This document shows, in pieces, positions 1-10,980 of a DNA stretch of 64,000 nucleotides. Source of the DNA: Blastocladiella emersonii ATCC 22665 (Eukaryota > Fungi > Blastocladiomycota); assembly GCA_025594325.1 (NCBI GenBank), contig JANHCV010000013.1, positions 1,240,001 through 1,304,000 on the forward strand. The letters run 5' to 3'. The position numbers and the translations under genes were made by a program. The notes under the pieces are model-generated. The model was not told where the DNA came from. It did not search any database and saw only the letters and a list, made by a program, of their open reading frames with translations. Each line of letters begins with the position of its first letter. The first letter of the stretch is position 1.

Positions 1-83
1 TGTGCTCCCCGGCCTATGTAAACGCCGTTTTCCTCCAAAGTAACTCGCTCTCTCTCCCCCGTCCTCCCTCAAAGCCGAAAAGA

Positions 84-1212
84 ATGGCTCCCCCGTCAAG
101 CAAAAAGCGCGCTGGCCGTACGGCCATGTCCATCGAGGAGATCGTCAAGAACGTGCCCGAAATCCCGCCGCCGCCCGCCGATAGCGACGAGGATGCAGAT
201 GACGACGCTGCTGGGAGCGACGGCAACGCTGCTGTCACGCCGACCAACCCGCTGCCGCCCGTGACCATCGCCAAGCCAAGCAAGCGCAAGGCCAGTGGCA
301 GCAAGGCCAGCAGCGGCAAGGCCAGCGGCGGCAAGGCCACCTTCTGCTCCGCGTCGACCAACTTCCTCCTCGACCACTTCTGCAACCTCGCTGACGACGG
401 CGTGCTCGGCGACAGCAACACGCTCAAGGCCCAGCACCGTGTGTCGATTGCCCAGGCCCTGTCGGACGAGTTCAACATGCAGTTTACGGCGGAGCAGGTC
501 AAGAACCGCGTGACATACGTACGCTTTGTCTTGCGGACACGCGTCAACCGTAGCGCTAACAACGTCAGCGTTCGGCTCCAGCTTCGCACTTGTTTTCGCG
601 CCGTAAAACGGCTTCTGTCGTACTCGGGCAACGGCTGCACCTGGAATGAGGGTGAGTGCACGGTCGACGTGCCAGAGGAGTTCTGGAACGATCTCTCGGT
701 ACGTTTGTTCAATATCGTTACGCGTCAACTCGCGGCGAGCTAACAGCGCCTGGCCTGCTTCAATTGTAGGCAGAGCTCAAGGAGGAGCTGACTGCGGGCT
801 GCAAGCCCTTCCCGTACTACAAGAAGGCCAACATGCTGTGGGGCAGCTCGACCGCCACCGGCAAGTCCTCGCACCTCGAGCAGGACGCAAGGAGTCTGGT
901 GACGTGGAAGGTGTTGATGGTCAAGACGACGCGGCCCCCGCCAGCAAGCGCAGCCGCACTTCGGACAGCAGCTCGCGTCGCCTCTCGGACTCGGAATTCC
1001 TCATGGGCATCAAGGAGGTGTTCCAGAGCGTCTCAACCGCCGACTCCAAGCCCGTTCTGACCGCCGCACTTGAATGGGTCCAGGACGCGTACAATGACAA
1101 TGAAGAGTACCAGATCGACGTCGCCACCCGCCTGACCGAGGATCAAACGCTTCGCGTCATGGCCGTGTCCGAATCGAAGCGCAAGCGCGTCCTCGAGTTT
1201 TTCATTCAGTAG
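84..1212 (+). CDS. Harbinger Myb/SANT-like DNA-binding protein, probably frameshifted
   Basis: Introns 519-581 and 699-769 (GTACG...AG). The spliced product reads VKNRVTYLRTCFRAVKRLLSYSGNGCTWNEG...VPEEFW...KPFPYYKKANMLWGSSTATG, a Myb_DNA-bind_3-like pattern. The plausible C-terminus (to 1212) is in another frame after about 870-890. Confidence 0.75.
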
Positions 1213-1379
1213 CTCTCTCGCACATGTCCCCCTCCCCTCGCGTTGCTTCCTGGCCTTGTTCTCGCCCATTTGTGTCCAATACATCTGGCTTTGTGTCCAT
1301 CGTATCTTCAATCGTTACCCTTGGCTCGAAAATGACGCGACTCGTTGAGAAACGCGTGGTTCGCAAAGTGTCTCACACG

Positions 1380-1403
1380 TCACGTGATTGATCGACGCGT
1401 CTC
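1380..1403 (-). promoter_or_regulatory. Composite motif GAGACGCGTCG-ATCAAT-CACGTGA
   Basis: Perfect copy of the recurrent MCB-like plus E-box motif, lying between the 3' ends of the two Harbinger genes. Confidence 0.55.
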
Positions 1404-1525
1404 CACCGATGCGTTCTGACCTCAGCGACGCGTCAAATCATCTAGAATCGCTTATCTAACGTTATAGTACTTGACAAATCAGTATATTACAGCATGCATG
1501 CGGGTACAACAATTATTTCGCGCCT

Positions 1526-2843
1526 TCAAAGATGGGTCCCACGAGCGGCCATGACGCGCCTGTACTCGGTCCAAAGAACATTTGCGATGCGGTTCCGAAG
1601 CGAGATACCGCGCTGACGAGCTCCGTCCAGCGAGGCCTCGAGGACAGCGGCCTCGTCGTCCTCCTCGTTCTCGTCGTCCAGGGGCTCGCGCCCACGCACT
1701 GGCGCCTCACGCGCCGCGTCCCGCGCGCGCCGGAGCTCCGTCTCGGCGTCGCGAAAGAAGGCGTCGCCGCCTTGGTTCCACTTGTTGATCATGTTGTGCA
1801 GCGTGCAGAGCGCGTACACAAGCTTGACTTGAGTCTTGATTGGGTAGGCCGCGCCAATCGAGAGGACGCGGAACCGCTTCTTGAGCACGCCAAAGATATG
1901 CTCAATGGAGTTGCGGAGCGACGCGTGACGCAGATTGAAAAGCTCTTCGCGGTTCTTAACTCTACGTACGTTGGTGAAGCAGATGAGATGGCGCCAACGT
2001 GATGGTCATGGCAGTGAGAACGTACCCATCCTTGCCGCGGGCAAACTCGCGAAGATGATAGCGGGTACCGCTGAAGGGCACGATGATGGACGTGCGGTTT
2101 GCGTAGCCGCCGTCGGCGAGGTAGAAGCGGCCGGCGGGGATCTTGAACCCACGGGCGAAGGCGTCCGAGAGCACGCGCGAGTCGTGCGCCTTGCCCTCCC
2201 ACCCTGCGAGAACGTAGGTGAAGTTCAAGTCAAAGTCGCAGGCAGCGAGGACATTTGAGGAGATGGTCCCCTTGCGGTTTCGGAACGAGTCGTGAAGCTT
2301 GGCGGGCACAACAAACGGGATGTGCGTTCCGTCAAGCGCGCCGACCGCGTTCTGGAACGGAGCGTATTTCGGGTCGTGGGCGATGCGCTCATGCACGGGC
2401 GTAGAATCGGACGGCTGGACAATGAACTCGGGCATCAGGCGGTACAGAGCGTCGAGCACCTGCTTCAGAACCCTGGACGCGGTCTCGCCAGAGATTTGGA
2501 ACCGCTCCCTGAGGTTGCGGTTGGTGCTGCCCTCGCCGGCCATGACAAGAAAAACCATGAAGCGCGCCTCGACGGACAGCTCGCGGCCGTCGGTGAGAAG
2601 GCCACGGTCGCGGAACAGGCGGCAGATGGCCTTGAAGGTCTCGCGGGGCATACGGGCGATTTCCGAAAAACGCGTTTTGCTGTTGCACGTCAGCAGCTCT
2701 TGAACCCACGACTCGCCAGAAAGCGTGGACGTGCGGATAGGCTCCCACGAGCGGCGCTCGTTGCGCGCAGCGAGACGTCGCAGGAGAGCGAGGGCGGCCG
2801 TGAGCATGAGGCCGCGCAGCTTGCGGTTGTATCCCTTGCCCAT
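1526..2843 (-). CDS. Harbinger (DDE_Tnp_4-type) transposase, about 417 aa, apparently intact
   Basis: Motifs GALDGTH, YLADGGY and FNLRHASLRNSIEHIFGVLKKRF. One intron at 1962-2025 (GTACGT...TAG) joins ORFs 1962..2960 and 1526..1888 in frame. Confidence 0.92.
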
Positions 2844-3090
2844 GTTGTTTGAGGGCTCGAGAACACGATGCGTGAGGTTAGGTGTTGATTCGTTGCAATA
2901 AGTGCGGCTGCAAAGAGGTGGGAAAGATTTTATTGCGGGGGGGGGGGGAGGGGCGTTCATCCAGCGGGGCGTTTGGTTCGCACGGCCGCTGAGATGAACG
3001 GGGGTGAGGTGAAACGTGGCAACATTTTCAGCTGATCCACCTGATCTGAACCAAACGGACCCTTATTTACAAATTCGACGGACAAAATCC

Positions 3091-3920
3091 TCAATGTGTA
3101 GGCTGCATAGCGAGCGCGTACACGGTCGGCGCGAGCCGCTGAAGCTCGGCGAGATGCTTCCGTTTAGTATCGGGAACCTGAGTCAGCTCGTTGAGCTGCT
3201 CGGCGGTGATAAGCTCGTCAAGGAATCCATTCGGCAGCAACCCGGAAATGAAAGTTGGAACTGGAGGCAGAAGCTTGAGGAGCGCGAAGGTGAGTGCCGC
3301 ATCGTGCGCGACGAGAAGCTGGAACACCAATCCCGTCATTCCGTCGTTCCGCTGCTGCTCCGCGTGTCCACTAAGCTCGGATCCGTAGCAATAAGGCTCG
3401 TTCTCGTCATCACTCTCAATACCGTTCATGGTATTTCTTTGTGTCGGGCTCGGGCTCGCAAAAGCCGAGAAGAGCGAGGCCATGTCCGTGTCATGGCGTC
3501 GACGAGAAGCGAAAACGTGTCGCGCCACACGGCTTCGTACGTGGGCGAGCAGCGCGGACACTCGTGAATGTGCGGAGCGAGCTTATTCTCGAACTCGGCG
3601 CGATAATAAAAGCGGGCAGTGGCCATGGCGCAGACCAGGTGTCCTGCGGCGCCCGTCTCACGCGAAAGTTCGAGGGCGCGGTTCCGCAGCTACGGTCGCG
3701 AGAACGTGGCCTCACCGAGAAGCGCGATGAGTAGGGTCGCTCTCCAGTCCCGAGGAAAGCGCAGGATCAGCCCAAGCGGAAGTTGCCGGGCGACGATAGA
3801 GAAGATTTCAAGCAGTTCGTTGTCCGAGTTGCGCTTGCCGTCCAAGCACACGTCGAGAAATGGGCCAAAGCGGAAACCGTCGTTTCTTGATTGGAAGATA
3901 TCGTGAGCTTTCATAAAATC
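3091..3920 (-). pseudogene. C-terminal-only duplicate of F-box-like/CxxC family (family 1)
   Basis: Fragments DGKRNSDNELLEIFSIV, LAPHIHECPRCSPTYEAVWRDTF and LAELQRLAPTVYA lie in different frames and match the C-terminal exon of the family 1 paralogues. No N-terminal part is present. Confidence 0.75.
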
Positions 3921-3964
3921 TTAGGATATTTCATTACCTCGTGTACAACTCTTTCCATTTTCCA

Positions 3965-6240
3965 TCAGCGACCCGCGTTTGGCCTGCGGCGACGAATCGT
4001 CGCTGGAGAAAACGCGCTTGGCGCGACTCGCTGGAGCTCAAGGATGTACTCTTGATTGGCTCCATAAGTTTGAGCAACCGACTGAACGTGATGCACGAAC
4101 ACGGTGTCGTCGAGTGCGCGGGAAGGCAACAATGTCAAAAAGTCGGCGTAGCCCGGGTACAGTCCCAAGGCAAGCTGGGCGAACAAAACTGGGCGGTCTT
4201 CCCGAAGCACGTTGAGAAGAAACCGAGTTTGGCCGCTGATTCGATGCTCCGTCGCGCATTCGTGGCCATGGCCTTGGTCCTGCGAAGCGGAAGAACTGTA
4301 CAAGTCCATTCTTTGAGTTGAGCTCGCAAAATGCGACTGAAGCTGCGCCACCGTTGTGTCGCAAGAAGTGGTTGCAAGGAGGAGAGGAAAGGTTTCGCGC
4401 CAGCCCGATTCGTAGGCCGACCAGCAGTGTGGACAATGCTGAAGATGTGGCGCGAGCTCGTCCTCGAACCTGTCTTGAAACAGGAAACGGACAGTGATCA
4501 CGGCGCTCAGAAAGTGACCTCCAGAGCCGGCTTTCCGCATAGCGCCAAGTGCGCGGTCACGCAGCCGCGGCCGCGAAAGTGTAGCTTCGACAAGTAGTGC
4601 GATGGCATAGGTCGTTTCCCAAAACCACGAGTAGACGTCAGGCGACACGAGCGGAAGTTTGAACGCGACGATGGAGAAAATAATGTCAAGCAGTTGGTCG
4701 TCCGTGTTGTGCTTTCCGTCCAGGAAAGTCTTGATGAAGGGTCCGGTGCAGAAACCGTTGACGGTCTCGAAACTTTCGCTGATTCGTGGAATTAGGTTTG
4801 AAGAGGTTGTTGTGCGGACAAAGTACGCGAGCTCTGAGCGAAGATCCGGGTCTCCGAGGTAACCGCTCGCAAAGGCTATGCGGATGGACAGTTAAAGGGT
4901 CAGCTTTGACGCGCCATGGGGAGAGGGAGACGTATGACAACGCACCCGCAACAAGAGCGTCATCCCACAAAGTCGGTGGGACGATAGCGAGCAACGCGTC
5001 CACATCCTCGCTCGAATGGCTGAGCAGCGCACGGGCGAACATGACGCCGAGCTCGGGCGGTTGGAGAAAACCAAGATTGGTTAACGTTGCGACAAGGTCC
5101 ATTGAGGGGTTTGCTGGCCCTCCGGTCCAGATATGCTCGAGCTCGAACCACTCGTAAATGTGCTGGCTTGTCAGTAGAAGCTGTTCCTGAGTGAGAAACC
5201 CGTGGAATAGGTCGGCAAATTGTGTAGCGAGGTCGATCAGGAGTAATGGATTGAATGGACCGATTAAATTGACAGCCGCAGAGATGAGATCAGATGGTGG
5301 GAGGCCACAGTCACACGAAAGGATCGATTCCAACACAGCAGGGACAACGACATCCGACGAGACCTGGCCGTCGATTTGACTGAACATGAATTTAAGAACC
5401 GGCTCGAGCGATACGAGGGCGAGAACTTTGGTGGGGTTGGTCCCAAAGCAAGTGGGAAGAAGGAGTCTCAGCGGCTCGGGCTTCCAAAAGATAACCGCGG
5501 TGAGGCAAATAAAATCGGCTAGACGCTGTCGGTACGGCGAGCGGTCCCTTGCGTCATAGAACGCCTCGAAGCCTTCGCTGCTTACATTGCAGACTGGGTA
5601 AAGGAGGCCAAGGCATTTGGATTTCAAGTAGGAGATGCCAGCGTGCTTGAATTTCCGAGAGTAGATGCTCTAGCAAGGAGCGGTGGTTGAGGATGACTGC
5701 AGACGTGAGCGTCCACATCACTACTCCAACGGGGTGCTTGTAAAGCGAGAAGGGCGCGGGTGTCGCTAAGAGCTTGTCGGCAAGATCTTCCAGGAGAGGG
5801 CCGAGCTGTCGAGCGCCGCGGCCACAAATCTGAACGTGAGCGCGAGGGGTCGCACAGGCAAAGATGGCGCTGAACAAGCCGTGGATATACGTTTTATATG
5901 CGCAACGCTCGATCTCGGTGCATTCGTATTCCGCAAATGGGTGCTGTTTCTGGAGCTCAAACATGGAGAAGGCAATGATCGTGTCGTAAGTGAGAGTAAC
6001 TTTCAATGGTGAGCTCGACAGCTGCGCTTCGTTCAGCAATGGTGCCGCAATCCGAAGGAGTTCACGCGTGGTCCAAATACAGAGTACCCCTTGTTCGCGC
6101 GATAAATTTGCAAGAGTGCGCGATGCGGCAGGAACAGCAGGCCGCTCCTGGATAAGTTGCAAGACGGTGGCCGCAAGCTCGGCCGGGAGGCTGGCAAACG
6201 AAAGATCATGGATGCCAAGTCGGCTTTAATCTAGTTGCAT
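3965..6240 (-). pseudogene. Family 1 F-box-like/CxxC protein, disrupted
   Basis: N-terminal LSFASLPAELAATVLQL...PAASR...IWT motif. In-frame TAA at codon 5, frameshift near 5620, conserved phase-1 intron (GTGCGT...CATAG) at about 4876-4945, C-terminal HCPHC...W motif. Confidence 0.75.
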
Positions 6241-6420
6241 TAAGTATTTCATGGCGGTTTGCTACATGTGCGACGGATATAGCTGCGAGAAGTTGCGACG
6301 CGCGTCGGTGGGAAGCGGGTTGAGACAGGGGCTGAAACATCACGCGACCGCGCCGCGCTCCTCTCCTCCTTGTGTCTACCTCTCCCTCCCATGGAATGCC
6401 TCGGAACAGCCATCAACTTG

Positions 6421-6570
6421 ATGCAATTCATGTCTTACCAAGTCGTTGATGAGGTCCTTGTTTGGGCCATCCGCGTCGATCAGTGTGTTGGTTGCGAATG
6501 TTCCGCGACGAGAGTGGTGCTGTAGCCGGCCACCAGATCGCGGGTAATCTTTCAAAATATGCGCTCCTGA
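6421..6570 (+). pseudogene. Short N-terminal remnant of family 2 (F-box-like/ankyrin-like)
   Basis: Translates MQFMSYQVVDEVLVWAIRVD, resembling MQRLPFELIETILEWAIRID of the 31103 paralogue. Stop at 6523-6525. Confidence 0.45.
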
Positions 6571-6920
6571 CCTCCTTCGGAGTGGCACTATAACGGGTCT
6601 GTGCGGTTCGCCGTGCACGCAGTCAGGTGAATCTTTCAGCCTGTGAGTGACAAGGCGCGTCCACGCGCGGCAAGGATAAACAGCGTCTGCCGGATGGTCC
6701 GTGGTCCAAATGCATTGAGTGATTCATGGCAGAAGGCATCATGTGGCGGGGCGCCGTTGTTGTGGAGGAGCGGCGAACGAAACGCGATGTTGACCACCGC
6801 GCACCACCCCCCTGAGTTCCACCCTCCTGGTCTCGCACCTCGCGTGTAGGCTGCCCTTCGCCTGCTCCGAGGATCATTTGCCATGGAAACACTCTATTCA
6901 TTCGTTCTATATGCTCCGAT

Positions 6921-8051
6921 TCAGGGCAGGAACAGGTCCTCGCCGCGATCGCCCGGCGTCACGCCGACCCGTGCCCCGTGCGCCTTGCGCGCCTCGATCG
7001 CGAGCGCCGTCCCCGCGGGCTGCACCGGCATGGTCACCGGCGCGGCGGCGTGCACGTAGTAGACCTTGCTCTCGTACACGCCACTGCTGCGCGTGCGCGG
7101 GAGCGTCGGGTCCGCGGGGCCAGGCGAGCTCGGGTCGGGCGCCGCGGTGGAGACGGCGGAGACGGGACGCAGCTGTGCGGTCGCGGGAGGTGCCGTGAGC
7201 TGTGGAGCGGGAGGTGCCGGCGGCGGCGGAGTGATGCCGCGGGTGCGGAGCTCGGCCTTGGCAGTGTGCCGCCCGCGCCGGCACATGGTGAACCCGACGA
7301 GCACGAGGAGCAGGGCGGCGACGGCGCCGAGTGCGGCGTACATGATGCTGGATGAGGATGAAGAAGCCACCGAGTCGTTCGCGATGTCGCCCATCGACGC
7401 CTTGGGATCCGCCGCTGGTGGCGTGGGCGTGACCGATGCTGAGCCAGTCGACGCAGCCGTACGTGTTGCCGAGACAGTCGTGGACGTACGCGAGGCCAAA
7501 GCTGAGACCGTAGCGGTTAACACGGGCGGCAGCGACACGATCGCGGGCGAGAAGGGCGGGCAGACAAACATAAAGTCGTAGTACGCCGGGCCCGACGGCG
7601 GGTTCGTGGCAGCAATCTCCTTGAGCACGCACCCCGCAAACGCCGACTCCTGGTCCTGCACCCACGGCCCAAACTGGCTGCCGCTACTGCTTCCGCTGCT
7701 GCTCCCCCGAGCGCCGCCACTGCGCGAGTACTCGTACCCGTTGTACGCGAGCCGCGTGAGCCCGTCCTTATCCCACGAAATGTCAAATGACTTGAGCCCG
7801 CCCTCGCTCACAAACACGTTGGACGGCGGGCGGACGAGGCTGCTGGTGCAGTACGCCTCGAGCGACGTGATCACGTCGCCCGTCCACACGGGGATCAGAC
7901 CGGCGAGGATCGACTCGTCTTTGCCGTCGAAGCAGTGCACGCGGCTGATGCTCGAGCCGACCCCTTGCCCCGCGGTGGACGGCCGCAGCGACGCGGGGAT
8001 GTCGCCGATCCGCTTCGTGCGCAGCTCGTCGAGGCGGTCCGTGGACGACAT
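6921..8051 (-). CDS. Putative single-pass membrane protein, unknown function
   Basis: 376-aa ORF with strong GC3 bias, an S/T/P-rich stalk, a hydrophobic segment IMYAALGAVAALLLVLVGFTMC followed by RRGR, and a Pro-rich tail. Confidence 0.65.
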   Translation of the reverse strand: MSSTDRLDELRTKRIGDIPASLRPSTAGQGVGSSISRVHCFDGKDESILAGLIPVWTGDVITSLEAYCTSSLVRPPSNVFVSEGGLKSFDISWDKDGLTRLAYNGYEYSRSGGARGSSSGSSSGSQFGPWVQDQESAFAGCVLKEIAATNPPSGPAYYDFMFVCPPFSPAIVSLPPVLTATVSALASRTSTTVSATRTAASTGSASVTPTPPAADPKASMGDIANDSVASSSSSSIMYAALGAVAALLLVLVGFTMCRRGRHTAKAELRTRGITPPPPAPPAPQLTAPPATAQLRPVSAVSTAAPDPSSPGPADPTLPRTRSSGVYESKVYYVHAAAPVTMPVQPAGTALAIEARKAHGARVGVTPGDRGEDLFLP

Positions 8052-8651
8052 GGCGGGCTGGCTCTAGTTAAGGCTGGCGTGAGTGAGTTACATCCGAGTG
8101 GTTCATGAGCTGTGCATACATTCAAGACTAGTCGATCTGACTAGGAGAGAGAGAGCGTGGCTTTCGAGGGCGGTCAGCAAAGCTAGCACGTTTGCCGCGC
8201 GGAGGGAAGTGCGCCCACGCGGGTCACCGCATGATCGGTCGCATCTAGTCCGGCCTTGCAAACCGCCATCGACGACGCACAGCTGCCCAGCTTCCTCCGT
8301 TGTTTCCTGCGACCTTCTGAACCGGCATCGTATGGCAAGGAGGCGGCGCTCTTGCAACTCAAAGTCTGCAGCGAGCTGGCGTTGTGATCCGCTCAACGTG
8401 AAGCGAGGAGTACCGTGAGCACCAACCTTCGAACAGAGCGCGGAACCTGCAACGGCTACAGTGATGGGGTGGCCTGGAGCTGGCCTGAAGCACCAAGGAC
8501 GCGCTGCTCATTTCAACGGGGGGTCAGCTGACGGCCGCTCGGGACAGATCGCGAGCGAAACGTCCGTCCCGAGCACGACGCCGTTCAGCGCTTCCCGTCC
8601 ACCATGTAAGGAATCAGTCAAGTCTGCCCACTTGATGCAATGTAATACACT

Positions 8652-9872
8652 ATGCAACGACTGCCGATCGAGCTCATCGAGCTCATTCTCATGCACGCGC
8701 TTCGCCGCGACTTCAGCTGGACGGACCCGCTTCCGCTGCTCCGCGTCGCCCCTGGGCTTTCGCGGCTTCGCAAGCTTGTCTTTACGTACTCGCTGCACAA
8801 TCGGATGCGACAGGCGCTCTTGCCGCAATTCTCTGTATTGAACCAGCTCGGACCTCGCGCAACGCTGCGGGACTTGCTTATCGAGCACCGCGGCCCATCG
8901 CCCGACATGAAGCAGTCGTCCTTTTATCTCTCGCTCATCCTCGTCACCAATCGCTCCGACCGCTTGAAGGAATGGAGCGGGATCGAGGTCGGCGAGGACG
9001 GCCGAAGCCCCGTGAGCTTGGTCGACCTGGCCTCCGGCCTCGGCTGCAAGGATGTGCTCGAGCACCTCCACAAGCGCCAGTGGATCAAGCACTACACTGA
9101 GCGTGCCGTCGACGATGCCGCCACCGCGGGCCACATCGGCGTGCTTCGCTGGTGGCAAGAGTCCTGCTTGTCGATCAAAATGACGGAGCGCGCCTACTAC
9201 GGCGCCGTTGAAAAGGACGACCTCGATCTCGTCGACTGCGTGTGCCAGATGCAGCTCGCGCCGACCAACTACGTCGAGTGCCCGACCATCATACCGCGCG
9301 ACGCGCTCATGGCCGGGAGCATCAACATTCTCAACAGCCTCATGTACGAAAACCCCGACGAGTGGTGGATGATCGCCATGGGCTGGGACTCGTTCGTGAG
9401 GAGCGCGCTGCATCGCGGCACGCTCCACGTTCGCTCGCTCGACTGGATTCTGAACAACGTGCCACAGCAGCACCTCAAGCCGTACCCACTGAACAATCCG
9501 AATCCCCGCTTCGACTACACCAGCGTCAAGTACAAGCCGTTCTTTGACTCGATTGGGGGCCTTGTGGCCGAGACCACTGACGATTTCTGGAAGTACGTCG
9601 TCTTGTGCGCGACCGAGTACTGCGCAATCGAGGTGCTCGATTGGGCTTCCATATCTATCGCGCTCGAGTCGCTCGCATGCCCAGTGACTTGGATCTGCGT
9701 CAACCATGACGACAACGAGTCCGCCGTGCTTGAGCGACTCGCGTGGTGGATGCATTCGGGCATCCAGCTGGCTCCCGGACCCTATCATCTTGCGCTTTCA
9801 AAGGCGGAGCAGCTCGGGTTCGGGAAGGTGACCGCGTGGTGGCGCGAATCGGGTCTGCTGCAGCTCAACTAG
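8652..9872 (+). CDS. Family 2 F-box-like plus ankyrin-like repeat protein
   Basis: 406-aa intronless ORF. N-terminal LPIELIELIL motif, ankyrin-like AVDDAATAGHIGVLRWW repeat, and C-terminal CPVTW...LERLAWW...LGF..V.AWWRESG shared with the 40300 and 31103 copies. Confidence 0.75.
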   Translation: MQRLPIELIELILMHALRRDFSWTDPLPLLRVAPGLSRLRKLVFTYSLHNRMRQALLPQFSVLNQLGPRATLRDLLIEHRGPSPDMKQSSFYLSLILVTNRSDRLKEWSGIEVGEDGRSPVSLVDLASGLGCKDVLEHLHKRQWIKHYTERAVDDAATAGHIGVLRWWQESCLSIKMTERAYYGAVEKDDLDLVDCVCQMQLAPTNYVECPTIIPRDALMAGSINILNSLMYENPDEWWMIAMGWDSFVRSALHRGTLHVRSLDWILNNVPQQHLKPYPLNNPNPRFDYTSVKYKPFFDSIGGLVAETTDDFWKYVVLCATEYCAIEVLDWASISIALESLACPVTWICVNHDDNESAVLERLAWWMHSGIQLAPGPYHLALSKAEQLGFGKVTAWWRESGLLQLN

Positions 9873-10418
9873 CGCGGCAACGACTTTCGAGTCTCTTTCA
9901 AGCGATATCTAAATGATTCCAGTCTCTTCTTTTACAATTTGATTATATCTGAACAATACACCGTTGGTTGGCCTGGATCGACTGAGCGGGGGCTCGTGGT
10001 TACACAGCACGTGAGTGGCGCGGCGCGTGAACCCGACGGCCTTGCGGGTGACTCGAACACCCCATTGCGGAGTTTCTTTCCGCAAAGCTCGAAGATAATA
10101 GGCATTGGCTTCGTAGTAGAAGCTGAACTAATCAGTTTGAGGTCACACCTGGCACAGGTTACCCTGTTCGAAGCAGCGTTAGACCGCGGAGGCATTTCGC
10201 AAACTACATTCAAAGCAAATAAATCATTTCACGGCGATGATTTGCTGCGTCTTCGCCTTTTTCCTCTGGCCCCAAAGTATTCCGGGATGTGCGCGTGGAG
10301 CCACGTGCATCGGCCCACCGCGTTCCCACGGTTCCGCTACGCGCGCCGCCCGCCGCCGCGTCGCGACTTCTCCTCTCCGTAGCGCACCCTCGCTCTCAGG
10401 ACAACTTCACTTGCAGCA

Positions 10419-10655
10419 ATGAAACACCTAATGCAACGCGCGGCCCTGTCGTCGCTCACGATGGGCGACGTGCCGCTCGAGCCCTTGAACCTTGTGTGCC
10501 AGCTCGCTCAACCACGTCACACGGTGGCGACTTCGTCCAAGCTTTTCGCCCACGCTATCAATAACCGTGCCGTACACGCTTCTTGGTCGTTCCAGCAGGT
10601 CTTGCAACTCAGCACGAAGTTTCCTCCGCCCTCGGGTTACAATCCTCCCGATCTT
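10419..10655 (+). pseudogene. Family 1 gene, 5' part, interrupted by TIR element
   Basis: MKHLMQRAALSSLTMGDVPLEPLNLVCQL...ASWSFQQVLQL aligns with the N-terminus of the 16449 gene and shares the ACTTCACTTGCAGCAATG start context. Confidence 0.75.
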
Positions 10656-10980
10656 CAAAGTGAACAGGCGGGGCAAAGTTCCTTTGTAGCGGCGACAAAG
10701 TAAACCCGCAAAGGATTGCAAAGTAACTTTGGGCCAACAAAGTAATGCAAAGTTTCTTTGCGCAAGGGATTACTTTGCGGCCTTGAACAAGATTACTTTG
10801 GAAACGTTTACTTTGAACCCGCGCGCAAAGTGCCATGGGACCCGGAGCGCAAAGTTACGTTGCTGCACTTAGTGGTTCGGATAGCTGGTCGCGGCGGCGA
10901 GCAGCAGATTCGCCGCCTGATCCGCTCGCTGATGGGTCGGCACTGCATTGAAGTAGCAGCAGAAACAATTATTTATCGCT

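Larger units (their letters stand above)
1..3062. mobile_element. PIF/Harbinger DNA transposon (left end outside window)
   Basis: Convergent Myb/SANT-like gene and DDE transposase. Right end GAACCAAACGGACCC (3048-3062; reverse complement GGGTCCGTTTGGTTC, PIF/Tourist-like TIR) is followed immediately by TTA (3063-3065), the typical Harbinger target site. Confidence 0.9.
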
